A program made the translations under genes and the position numbers. From contig NZ_JAHDSX010000038.1 of NCBI RefSeq assembly GCF_020969955.1, forward strand, positions 1 to 23,770: 23,770 bases of DNA, read 5' to 3'. Under the pieces are notes generated by a model. It saw nothing but the letters and a program-made list of their open reading frames with translations, made no database searches and was not told the DNA's origin. Shown one piece after another: positions 8,179 to 15,595 of the stretch. This DNA comes from Allobaculum fili (GTDB lineage: Bacteria > Bacillota_I > Bacilli_A > Erysipelotrichales > Erysipelotrichaceae). Positions within the stretch are counted from its first letter, which is position 1, and the number at the start of each line of letters is the position of its first letter.

Positions 8179-9782
8179 AGCGCCTTCGAAAACGGCTGCC
8201 CCGGCTGCTTTGCGCGGCCGCAGCGGGCATGAGTCTGCTGCTTTCCGGCTGCCATGGCGCCAAAGCGAAAAGCGCCTTTGTGATTCCCGAAGCGCTCGAC
8301 GAAAGCCGTCCGATTGAGATTTCCTTCTGGGCGAAAAACGATACGAACAAAAACCAGACGAATGTCTACAAAAAGGCGATCGAAGACTTTGAAGCGCTCT
8401 ATCCAAACATCAAGGTCAATCTGAAGCTGTATACGGACTACGGGAAGATTTACAACGACGTCATCACCAACATTGCGACGGATACCACGCCCAATGTGGC
8501 GATTACCTATCCCGACCATATCGCGTCCTACATCCAGCAGAACGGGACCGTCGTCGGTCTCGATGCGCTGATGGCGGACGAAAAATACGGTCTGGGCGGC
8601 AGCGCCCTCAAATTTGACGGGGCGACGGCCGATGAAATGGTCGATTCGTTTGTACAGGAAGGCGTCATTGACGGAACGCAGTACGCGATGCCCTTCATGC
8701 GTTCGACCGAAGCGCTCTACATCAATAAGACGCTGGTCGAAAAGCTTGGCTATTCCGTCCCGGATGTCGTGACGTGGGACTGGATCTGGGAAGTGTCCAA
8801 TAAAGCGGTCGAACAGAAAAATCCGGACGGAACGTACGCCCTCAACAGCCAGAAAACGCTGATCCCCTTTATTTACAAGTCCACCGACAATATGATGATC
8901 CAGATGCTGAAGCAGCAGGACGCCGGCTACAGCACCGAGCAGGGCGAAATTGAAATTTTTAACGACATGACGCGCGAAGACTTGAAGAAAATTGCGCAGG
9001 AAACCAGGGACGGCGCGTTTTCAACCTTTAAAGTGTCCGGCTATCCCGCCAATCTGCTCAATGCCTCGCAGACGCTGTTTGCGGTAGACTCCACAGCCGG
9101 ATCCACGTGGATGGGCGCGGAGGCTCCGCTTTCGGACATCAGCCCGGATGCCTTCACGGAATTTGAAACCGTCGTTCGTCCGGTGCCGCAGATGAGCGAA
9201 AACCAGAGTCTCATGATTTCGCAGGGACCGTCCATGGCCGTCTTTGGCAAGGAAGATCCGCAGGAAGTACTCGCCTCCTGGCTGTTCGTGCAGTACATGC
9301 TTTCCAACGAACCGCAGATCGGCTACGCGAAGACGGAAGGCTATCTTCCCGTTACGCATAAGGCTTTAGAAGATCCGGCGTATCAGGACTATCTGGCGAA
9401 GGCTGGCACGGATAATGAGGAGCATTACGCGATCAAAATCGAAGCGGCGAAACTGCTCATGGATCATCTGGACGATACGTTTACCACCCCGGTGTTTAAC
9501 GGCTCGGCTTCGCTGCGCAACGCGGCCGGCGAGCTCATTGAAGATGTCGTCCGCTCGACGAGACGCAAGCAGACCGTCGATGATGCCTATATCGACGAAC
9601 TGTACGAAAAGGTTTCCTCCCTCTACCGTCTGGATCAGATTTCTTCCGGATCCGGGACGATTCATGATCTGGGCCCGATGCCCGCCTCTTCGGTCTGGTT
9701 TCTTTCTCTGCTTGCACTGACGTGGGTCATTCTCGGTGCAGTCTGGCTGTTTCAGAAACGAAGAAAAGCGAAAAACGCCTGA
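8175..9782 (+). CDS. Extracellular solute-binding lipoprotein (family 1) with an extra C-terminal TM anchor
   Basis: Signal peptide plus lipobox LLLSGC, then an SBP_bac_1-like body (...ISFWAKND...YPNIKVNL...). The protein is 535 aa and ends in a hydrophobic helix VWFLSLLALTWVILGAVWLF followed by QKRRKAKNA. Its ATG overlaps the permease stop. Confidence 0.85.
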   Translation: MKRLRKRLPRLLCAAAAGMSLLLSGCHGAKAKSAFVIPEALDESRPIEISFWAKNDTNKNQTNVYKKAIEDFEALYPNIKVNLKLYTDYGKIYNDVITNIATDTTPNVAITYPDHIASYIQQNGTVVGLDALMADEKYGLGGSALKFDGATADEMVDSFVQEGVIDGTQYAMPFMRSTEALYINKTLVEKLGYSVPDVVTWDWIWEVSNKAVEQKNPDGTYALNSQKTLIPFIYKSTDNMMIQMLKQQDAGYSTEQGEIEIFNDMTREDLKKIAQETRDGAFSTFKVSGYPANLLNASQTLFAVDSTAGSTWMGAEAPLSDISPDAFTEFETVVRPVPQMSENQSLMISQGPSMAVFGKEDPQEVLASWLFVQYMLSNEPQIGYAKTEGYLPVTHKALEDPAYQDYLAKAGTDNEEHYAIKIEAAKLLMDHLDDTFTTPVFNGSASLRNAAGELIEDVVRSTRRKQTVDDAYIDELYEKVSSLYRLDQISSGSGTIHDLGPMPASSVWFLSLLALTWVILGAVWLFQKRRKAKNA

Positions 9783-10076
9783 AGCTCCTGAAATTTCAGC
9801 TTGAAGGGATCGAGGAGATAACGGTTTCATCCCGTTTCCTTTCGCACGATTTTTTCTGATCTTCAAACGCAGCGGAAAAAAACAGCGATTCGATCGGGAA
9901 AGATTTCACCGCATGAAAAAACCAAGTACACTATCCGTGGAAAAACCATTCAGGGCGCTGACCGGACGATCCTCAAGGAGCGGGATGACGAACCGTTCCT
10001 GATCGCTTCGTAGTGGTGTCTGGATGGAATCCCCATTAGAAAAGAGACAGAAGATTCTGTCCCAAGGAGAAAAAGA

Positions 10077-10862
10077 ATGAAAAAAACAGCTCTGGCTTCT
10101 CTGCTTGTCTGCGCAGGCATGGTCTTTGCCGGCTGCTCGAACTCGACCCCGGCAGCCTCGAGCAGTGCTTCGAGCACAGCGGACAGTGCCGCTGCTGCAA
10201 ATCCCTCCGCAAAATCGGAAGGCGTCATGACGTATCAGGAATACGCGGATGCTGAACTCGAAAGCGAAGTAACGATCGAAGCGTTCGTACAGGCAAAACA
10301 GGCCTGGTGGGAAGACAAGGCAACGATTTACGCGCAGGATCCAGACGGCGCTTACTTCATTTACAACGCTGCTGTATCTCAGGATCTGTATGACGAGCTG
10401 ACCGACGGCGCCAAAATCAAAGTCAAAGGCTACAAGACCGAATGGTCCGGCGAAGTGGAAATCGCAGAAGGCGCTGAAGTAGAACTGATCGAAGGCGAAA
10501 CCTGGAAAGCCGAACCGGTCGATGTGACCGATCTGCTGGGCAATGAAGAAGAACTGATCAAGCATCAGAACCAGCTGGTGGATTTCAAGGATCTTACTGT
10601 AGAACCCGCACAGGAAGGCAGCGAAGAAGCGTTCCTGTATAACTACGACGGATCCGGAAGCGAAGGCGATGACCTGTACTTCAACGTTTCCAAAGACGGC
10701 AAGACGTACACCTTCGTTGTTGAGTCCTATCTGACCGGCGAGGAAAGCGAAGTGTACAAAACCGTACAGGAACTCAAAGTCGGCGATGTGATCGACTGCG
10801 AAGGCTTCCTCTACTGGTATGAAGGCGCCAACCCGCACATCATCTCGGTAACGGTAAAATAA
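10077..10862 (+). CDS. Acidic lipoprotein of unknown function with two OB-like repeats
   Basis: Signal peptide plus lipobox VFAGCS and an Ala/Ser-rich linker. Two similar modules follow (...DPDGAYFIY...GAKIKVKGYKTEWSGEVEI and ...SKDGKTYTFVV...VGDVIDCEGFLYWYEGANPHI). AAGGAG lies 7 nt upstream. Confidence 0.7.
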   Translation: MKKTALASLLVCAGMVFAGCSNSTPAASSSASSTADSAAAANPSAKSEGVMTYQEYADAELESEVTIEAFVQAKQAWWEDKATIYAQDPDGAYFIYNAAVSQDLYDELTDGAKIKVKGYKTEWSGEVEIAEGAEVELIEGETWKAEPVDVTDLLGNEEELIKHQNQLVDFKDLTVEPAQEGSEEAFLYNYDGSGSEGDDLYFNVSKDGKTYTFVVESYLTGEESEVYKTVQELKVGDVIDCEGFLYWYEGANPHIISVTVK

Positions 10863-10962
10863 GTCCGTCCGTAATCGACAGGACCGCGCACATTTTCTTC
10901 CTGTACATACAGGGAGGAGATGCGCCGCATTTCAAAGTGTTTCAAAATATTTAAAAGTACAT

Positions 10963-11010
10963 AAAAGGCTCTGTATCTCCTTTTGGTTAAGGAAGATGCA
11001 GAGCCTTTTT
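10963..11010. terminator. Bidirectional rho-independent terminator
   Basis: AAAA-GGCTCTGTATCTCCTT-ttggtt-AAGGAAGATGCAGAGCC-TTTTT. The stem is about 16 bp and is flanked by an A-run and a T-run. It lies between convergent genes. Confidence 0.8.
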
Positions 11011-11123
11011 CGGGATTGGAAAAATCTGGTGATAAGCAGAAATGGCCAGATTCAGCAAGGCGCAGAGGGCCAAAGCGTCCAGGAGAGTCAGAACGTCCAG
11101 ACTGGATCCTGTCGAGCGTCCGC

Positions 11124-12074
11124 TCAGGAGCGATCGGACTGCGGACGGTTGACGATGTGAATGAACGGTTCTCCCTGTTCGAGGGCGTGCAGGTTGGTGC
11201 GGATAATCTGCCAGAGACGTTTTTTCGTTTCCGGCAGCGATTCATCGCCGGAAATGTGCGGCGTGATGAATACATTTTCGTCTTCCCAAAGCGGGCAGTC
11301 TGCGGGAAGCGGCTCGATTTCGCAGACATCGAGAATCATGCCGCGAATCCGATGCTGCGCCATGACCTTTTCCAGGACATCGAGGGCGACCAGATCGCCG
11401 CGTCCCACATTCGCAAACAGCGCGTCTGGCTTCATGCGCGAAAAATCGTCCAGCGTCAGAAGATGATGGGTAGCCGGACTGGAAGGCAGCGTACCCACTA
11501 CGATATCGCTTAACGGCAGGTAGCGGTGCAGATGATCGAGCGTATCGACCACATCAAAGCCCGGAACTGTTCGGCGTCTGCGGGCCAGTCCAATGGTATG
11601 GGCACCCAGCGCCTTGACGGAGCGGGCGAACGTCGAACCCAGATCGCCGCAGCCCAGAACGAGAATCGTCTTGCCGTAAATGGAATCGATCGTGCCGATA
11701 TTCCGGTTCCATTCCTTCTTCTTCCGGTTTTCGAGCAGGAACGGATAGCGGCGATAAAAAAACAGGATGGCGCTGATCAGATATTCGGAAATCGCCAGAC
11801 CAAAGCTGCCTGAAGCGTTGGCTAATGGACACGTCACGCGTTCCGGCCAGCCTTCATAGCCCGCAAACGGAAGCTGAACGAGTTCAAGCGCGGGCAGAGA
11901 TTTCAGTCGAAAACGGTATTCTTCAGGAAGAAAGCCCACGATGGCACTGGCGGTGTCGAGATAGCCGGGCCAGTTTGGATTGTCGCCATAGACAAAATGG
12001 AGGCCGCCAAATTCCTGTTCCAGCGCCCGGCGGTCTTCTTCTTTTAACGCTTCAAAAACGAGAACGGTTTTCAT
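11124..12074 (-). CDS. D-isomer-specific 2-hydroxyacid dehydrogenase family protein (NAD-binding)
   Basis: Rossmann motif LVLGCGDLGSTFA plus the family catalytic triad context: NVGRGDLV (Arg), DVCEIEPLP (Glu), ITPHISG (His). AAGGAG lies 8 nt upstream. Confidence 0.85.
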   Translation of the reverse strand: MKTVLVFEALKEEDRRALEQEFGGLHFVYGDNPNWPGYLDTASAIVGFLPEEYRFRLKSLPALELVQLPFAGYEGWPERVTCPLANASGSFGLAISEYLISAILFFYRRYPFLLENRKKKEWNRNIGTIDSIYGKTILVLGCGDLGSTFARSVKALGAHTIGLARRRRTVPGFDVVDTLDHLHRYLPLSDIVVGTLPSSPATHHLLTLDDFSRMKPDALFANVGRGDLVALDVLEKVMAQHRIRGMILDVCEIEPLPADCPLWEDENVFITPHISGDESLPETKKRLWQIIRTNLHALEQGEPFIHIVNRPQSDRS

Positions 12075-12260
12075 GTTTCTTTCTCCTTATCCTGTGCAGG
12101 TTATTCTGAGCAGGCAGTACAGACCGGTCCGAGCGACCGGCTTTTCTTTTGCACTCAGGGATGAGCCAATATGCGCGGCAAAACAGGAAAGGATCTTTCT
12201 TCGTGTAAAGACACACGTTAGAAAGGTGGGAATACATTGAAAATCGTGTGATGCCGCCGT

Positions 12261-12297
12261 TGTAAAGCTTTACACCTGTATTGTACGCCTCTATATT
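12261..12297 (+). promoter_or_regulatory. Promoter candidate with an overlapping 14-bp palindromic operator
   Basis: TTTACA (12269..12274), 17-nt spacer, TATATT (12292..12297). The perfect palindrome TGTAAAGCTTTACA (12261..12274) covers the -35 box. A related element CGTGTAAAGACACACG lies at 12202..12217. Confidence 0.45.
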
Positions 12298-12383
12298 TCC
12301 TTCATCACCGATCCGCTTTGTGCCCTGCCTGAGGCAGAATGGCGGATTTTCAATCCTCAGAGAACAAGAAAGGAAACTTAGAC

Positions 12384-13646
12384 ATGAACAATATTCTTAC
12401 CGAAGCATCGGCTTGTCTGCAGTGCAAGAATCCAAGATGCCGTCAGGCCTGCCCGATTCATACCAATATCCCCGAAATGATCCGCAAGCTCAAAAACCAT
12501 GAAGTGCTCGATGCGGCGCAGATGCTTTTTGAAAACAACCCGCTGTCCATCGTCTGCTCCCTCGTATGCAACCACGAAAAGCAGTGTGAAGGCGCGTGCG
12601 TGCGCGGCATTAAAGGCAATCCTGTAGCCATCAGCGATATCGAACAGTACATTTCCAACTCCTGCTTTGAACGCATTCAGCTGTCCATGGAACCGGAAAA
12701 CGGCAAGCGCGTCGCTGTCATCGGTGCCGGTCCAGCCGGCCTGACGATCGCGGTTTCGCTGCGTCAGAAAGGCTACAAAGTCACCATTTTTGAAGTCCGT
12801 GAAAAAATCGGAGGCATCATGCGCTACGGCATTCCGGAATACCGTCTGCCGCATTCGATTCTGGACCGCTACTACAAGAAGCTGAAGGCGCTTGGCATTC
12901 AGTTCCGTCCGAACATGGCGATCGGTGGTTCTGTTTCCATTCAGGATCTGCTCGATGACGGCTACGCGTCCGTCTTTGTCGGCACCGGCGCATGGAAGCC
13001 GCGCCGCCTGAACATTCCCGGCGAAACGTTCGGCAACGTGCAGTACGCGGTGAACTACCTGAACAATCCGAACGTTTACGATTTAGGCGATAAAGTCGCG
13101 GTCATCGGCGCCGGCAATGCGGCGATGGATGCGGCCCGTACCGCCATTCGGAAAGGCAGCCGCGAAGTCGTGGTTTACGTCCGTACCGATTCGCCGACCG
13201 CTTCGAATGAAGAAGTGGAATACGCAAAAATCGACGGCGTTCAGTTCGTTTTCAACAAGGCGCCGATCCGCATTACTGATGAAGGCGTCGTGCTCGTCGA
13301 CACAAAAGTCGAAGAAAACGGAGACATCACGCTGATCGAAGACTCCGCGAAGCTGGAAAAAGCCGACACGATTCTCGTAGCCATTTCGCAGGTTCCGCAG
13401 ACCCGTCTCGTTTCCCGCGATCCGGATCTTAAGCTCAACGACCGCGGCAACCTGAAAATTGACGAGATCGGCGCAACGACCATGCCGGGCGTATTCGCAA
13501 GCGGCGACGTCGTAACCGGCGCGAAAACCGTTGTGCACGCCGTAGCGCTCTCCCGACAGATTGCCGAAGAGATGGACCGCTACATGAAAGGTCCGAACGG
13601 CCATGCCGCCCAGGATGCTGCGAGCAGCGACGAAACAGCGGCGTAA
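12384..13646 (+). CDS. GltD/NfnB-like NAD(P)H-dependent FeS flavoprotein oxidoreductase (glutamate synthase small-chain family)
   Basis: N-terminal Cys clusters CLQCKNPRCRQACP and CSLVCNHEKQCEGACV. Two dinucleotide folds VAVIGAGPAGLTIA...EVREKIGGIMRYGIPEYRLP and VAVIGAGNAAMDAART. I prefer the start at 12384 because the 15 codons from 12339 contain TCA and TTA, which this genome otherwise avoids. Confidence 0.85.
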   Translation: MNNILTEASACLQCKNPRCRQACPIHTNIPEMIRKLKNHEVLDAAQMLFENNPLSIVCSLVCNHEKQCEGACVRGIKGNPVAISDIEQYISNSCFERIQLSMEPENGKRVAVIGAGPAGLTIAVSLRQKGYKVTIFEVREKIGGIMRYGIPEYRLPHSILDRYYKKLKALGIQFRPNMAIGGSVSIQDLLDDGYASVFVGTGAWKPRRLNIPGETFGNVQYAVNYLNNPNVYDLGDKVAVIGAGNAAMDAARTAIRKGSREVVVYVRTDSPTASNEEVEYAKIDGVQFVFNKAPIRITDEGVVLVDTKVEENGDITLIEDSAKLEKADTILVAISQVPQTRLVSRDPDLKLNDRGNLKIDEIGATTMPGVFASGDVVTGAKTVVHAVALSRQIAEEMDRYMKGPNGHAAQDAASSDETAA

Positions 13647-13800
13647 AAACGATAAAACCGGTGGATCCTGTCTCCCCCAGCAGGATCTGACCGCTCTGAC
13701 CGCTTTCGGATTCGCGTTTCTGGAAAATCCAGAGCAGAATCCAGAAACGTGGACAGAAGAAACAGTTCAAAACGAAATTACAAAACCCAAAGTACACGTC

Positions 13801-13858
13801 AAAAAAGGAGCCCCTTTCCAGAACTGCCTCTGGAAAAAGGACTCCATTTTTTTTGCAC
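13801..13858. terminator. Probable bidirectional terminator
   Basis: A6-GGAGCCCCTTTCCAGA-actgcc-TCTGGAAAAAGGACTCC-A-T8. The hairpin is long but imperfect. It lies between convergent genes. Confidence 0.6.
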
Positions 13859-13877
13859 GATTTTTTTGCAGAACGCT

Positions 13878-14669
13878 TTAGAGATGGACTGCTTTTCGGA
13901 TCCATTCGAACACCTTGAGCATGCCGGTGGAATAGCACCACGAGGAGAACGGGCGGCTGACCAGGATGATCGCGAGAAAATGGCTGACTTTCATGCTCGA
14001 CAGCCCCGCCAGCATGCACAGCAGCAAGTCCGGCGAGACAGGCATCATCATCCAGAGAAAGAAGATGAGTTCAAAGTGACGGCTGTTTTTCAGGCGCTTC
14101 TCGTATTTGTCGACCGTTTCTGGCGAGGCGATCTGGTAAATGAAGCGGGTGCCCCATTTTCTGGCCAGCCAGAAGGCGAGAATGCAGTTGATGTAGGAAA
14201 CGAGCGTGTTCAGAAAGAAAGCCGGCAGCGGATGAAAGAGAACGATGCCGATTGATCCCATCGATCCTAAAGGAACGATTGGAATGTACGAGGTGAAGAC
14301 GCTGAGCAGAACAAAGAGAATCGGACCGAAAATTCCGGCGGATTCAATCGCGTGCTGAATTTTTTGCGTGGTCGCCGAGGAGGACGAACGCAGCAGCCAG
14401 ATCAGAACGACAAAGAAAAGAATGCCAAAGACGATCGAAATGATCAGATTGCGCCGGCGCACCGCAGCGCCTTTTTTCATGGCTTCCTGATCTTTGGCCG
14501 TCTCGGGCGTACTTGCCGTCCCGACGGATGCTTTCGCGGAATGGTCCTGGGAATGATCCGGGGACTTGATAGCGGCGTCTTTTTCGGCAAGCGCCTCTTT
14601 TGCCTGCGCGGAAGGGTTCTGAGCGGAGTCTGCAGAAAAATTCGTAACGGGTTTAGTATCCATACTCAT
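13878..14669 (-). CDS. TVP38/TMEM64 (DedA-superfamily) membrane protein
   Basis: Core ...YIPIVPLGSMGSIGIVLF...LAFWLARKWGTRFI...MMMPVSPDLLLCMLAGLSSMKVSHFL... matches the SNARE-associated/TVP38 pattern. A low-complexity N-terminal tail of about 70 aa precedes it. Confidence 0.75.
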   Translation of the reverse strand: MSMDTKPVTNFSADSAQNPSAQAKEALAEKDAAIKSPDHSQDHSAKASVGTASTPETAKDQEAMKKGAAVRRRNLIISIVFGILFFVVLIWLLRSSSSATTQKIQHAIESAGIFGPILFVLLSVFTSYIPIVPLGSMGSIGIVLFHPLPAFFLNTLVSYINCILAFWLARKWGTRFIYQIASPETVDKYEKRLKNSRHFELIFFLWMMMPVSPDLLLCMLAGLSSMKVSHFLAIILVSRPFSSWCYSTGMLKVFEWIRKAVHL

Positions 14670-14772
14670 TATCTTAAGCGGTTCGAATCGAGGATTCTTC
14701 CGATATGCCAGAAGGATTGCCGAAAACGGCTAGACAGAACGAGCCAAATGCGCAGTAACGCCAAAGGAAAAC

Positions 14773-15303
14773 TTATCGTTTTCGATAGAGCAGATCGACC
14801 ATTCCGTTGGAATGGCGTACATGAACCAGGGCCAGTTCCTGCGGCGCTTTAAGCGTCGGAAACAGCCGGATGCCCCCGCCAAGCAGCACAGGAATAACTG
14901 TAATCCAGAACGGATTGATCGCCTCTTCCTGTACGATGCCCTCAATCAGACGGGCGCCCCCGCAAATCCAGATGTCTTTTCCTTCGCCTTGTTTCAGACG
15001 CTTCAGAAGGGTGCATGGATCTTCTTTCGTAAAGTGAATGTCTTTTGAATCGGGAAGCGTTCGATGGGTAAAGACGTACGTGCTCAGACCGGAATAAGGC
15101 CACTCGTCAGGCGAAAGTTCCCGCACGATCTGATCGAACGTGTTCCAGCCCATCAGAACCGTATCCGCCGTTTTGATGAATTCGGCATAAAAATCCTCGG
15201 CGACTGCATCTGGGTCCTGTCCGTCCAGCCAGTCTGCGCCGCCCTTTGCATCGGCAATATAGCCGTCCAGGCTCATCGCAATAAACAGTGTGGTTTTTCG
15301 CAT
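14773..15303 (-). CDS. Dihydrofolate reductase-like / RibD C-terminal domain family protein
   Basis: MRKTTLFIAMSLDGYIADAKGGADWL...VLMGWNTFDQI...IWICGGARLI... is typical of the RibD_C family. I chose the ATG at 15303, which has AAGGAG 8 nt upstream. The track start at 15309 is a TTG placed too close to the RBS. Confidence 0.8.
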   Translation of the reverse strand: MRKTTLFIAMSLDGYIADAKGGADWLDGQDPDAVAEDFYAEFIKTADTVLMGWNTFDQIVRELSPDEWPYSGLSTYVFTHRTLPDSKDIHFTKEDPCTLLKRLKQGEGKDIWICGGARLIEGIVQEEAINPFWITVIPVLLGGGIRLFPTLKAPQELALVHVRHSNGMVDLLYRKR

Positions 15304-15484
15304 AGCCAAATCTCCTTTTTCCGCTTTATCTTCTTCTGCATATCTATTCGATCGGCTTATTCTTTCAGGCGCCTTCTTCTTTTTGGCCGGCGTATACGTT
15401 TTGGCCGAATGGTTTTAAAATTTCCGGTCTGGAAAAGCTGTGTCCAGTATGGCATATCGCAAAGGGGGTGTCTGCCTGCTCCAG

Positions 15485-15520
15485 AAAAAACGCCTCCGGA
15501 CGCCAGAAGGTCCGGAGGCG
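15485..15520 (-). terminator. Rho-independent terminator of the giant glycosidase gene
   Basis: Perfect 11-bp stem CGCCTCCGGAC/GTCCGGAGGCG with an 8-nt loop, followed on the minus strand by U6. It lies 76 nt after the stop codon. Confidence 0.85.
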
Positions 15521-15595
15521 AGAAAACGTTCATTTTCAAACAGACAGGAATGTCTGCATGAATTTACAGTTCTGGGAAAAGCGTGCAGGCAAAGA

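Noticed and set aside
9783-10076. Possible riboswitch (TPP- or ZTP-like fragments such as cctgatc, ctggat and ctgaccgg) in the 294-nt region upstream of the lipoprotein gene.
   Set aside because: The fragments do not line up with the conserved cores. There is no CTGAGA...ACCC...GAACCTGATCTGGATAATGCCAGCG for TPP and no CCGCCTGGG for ZTP. Only short generic hairpins are visible. An Rfam covariance search would be needed to revive this idea.
12339-12383. Upstream ATG at 12339 as the start of the GltD/NfnB-like gene.
   Set aside because: The 15 extra codons include TCA and TTA, which are avoided elsewhere. A CTGCC-tga-GGCAG hairpin ends 2 nt before that ATG (12327..12336). ATG 12384 has an AAAGGA motif at a workable distance. 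This is not certain, and N-terminal proteomics or homologue alignment would settle it.
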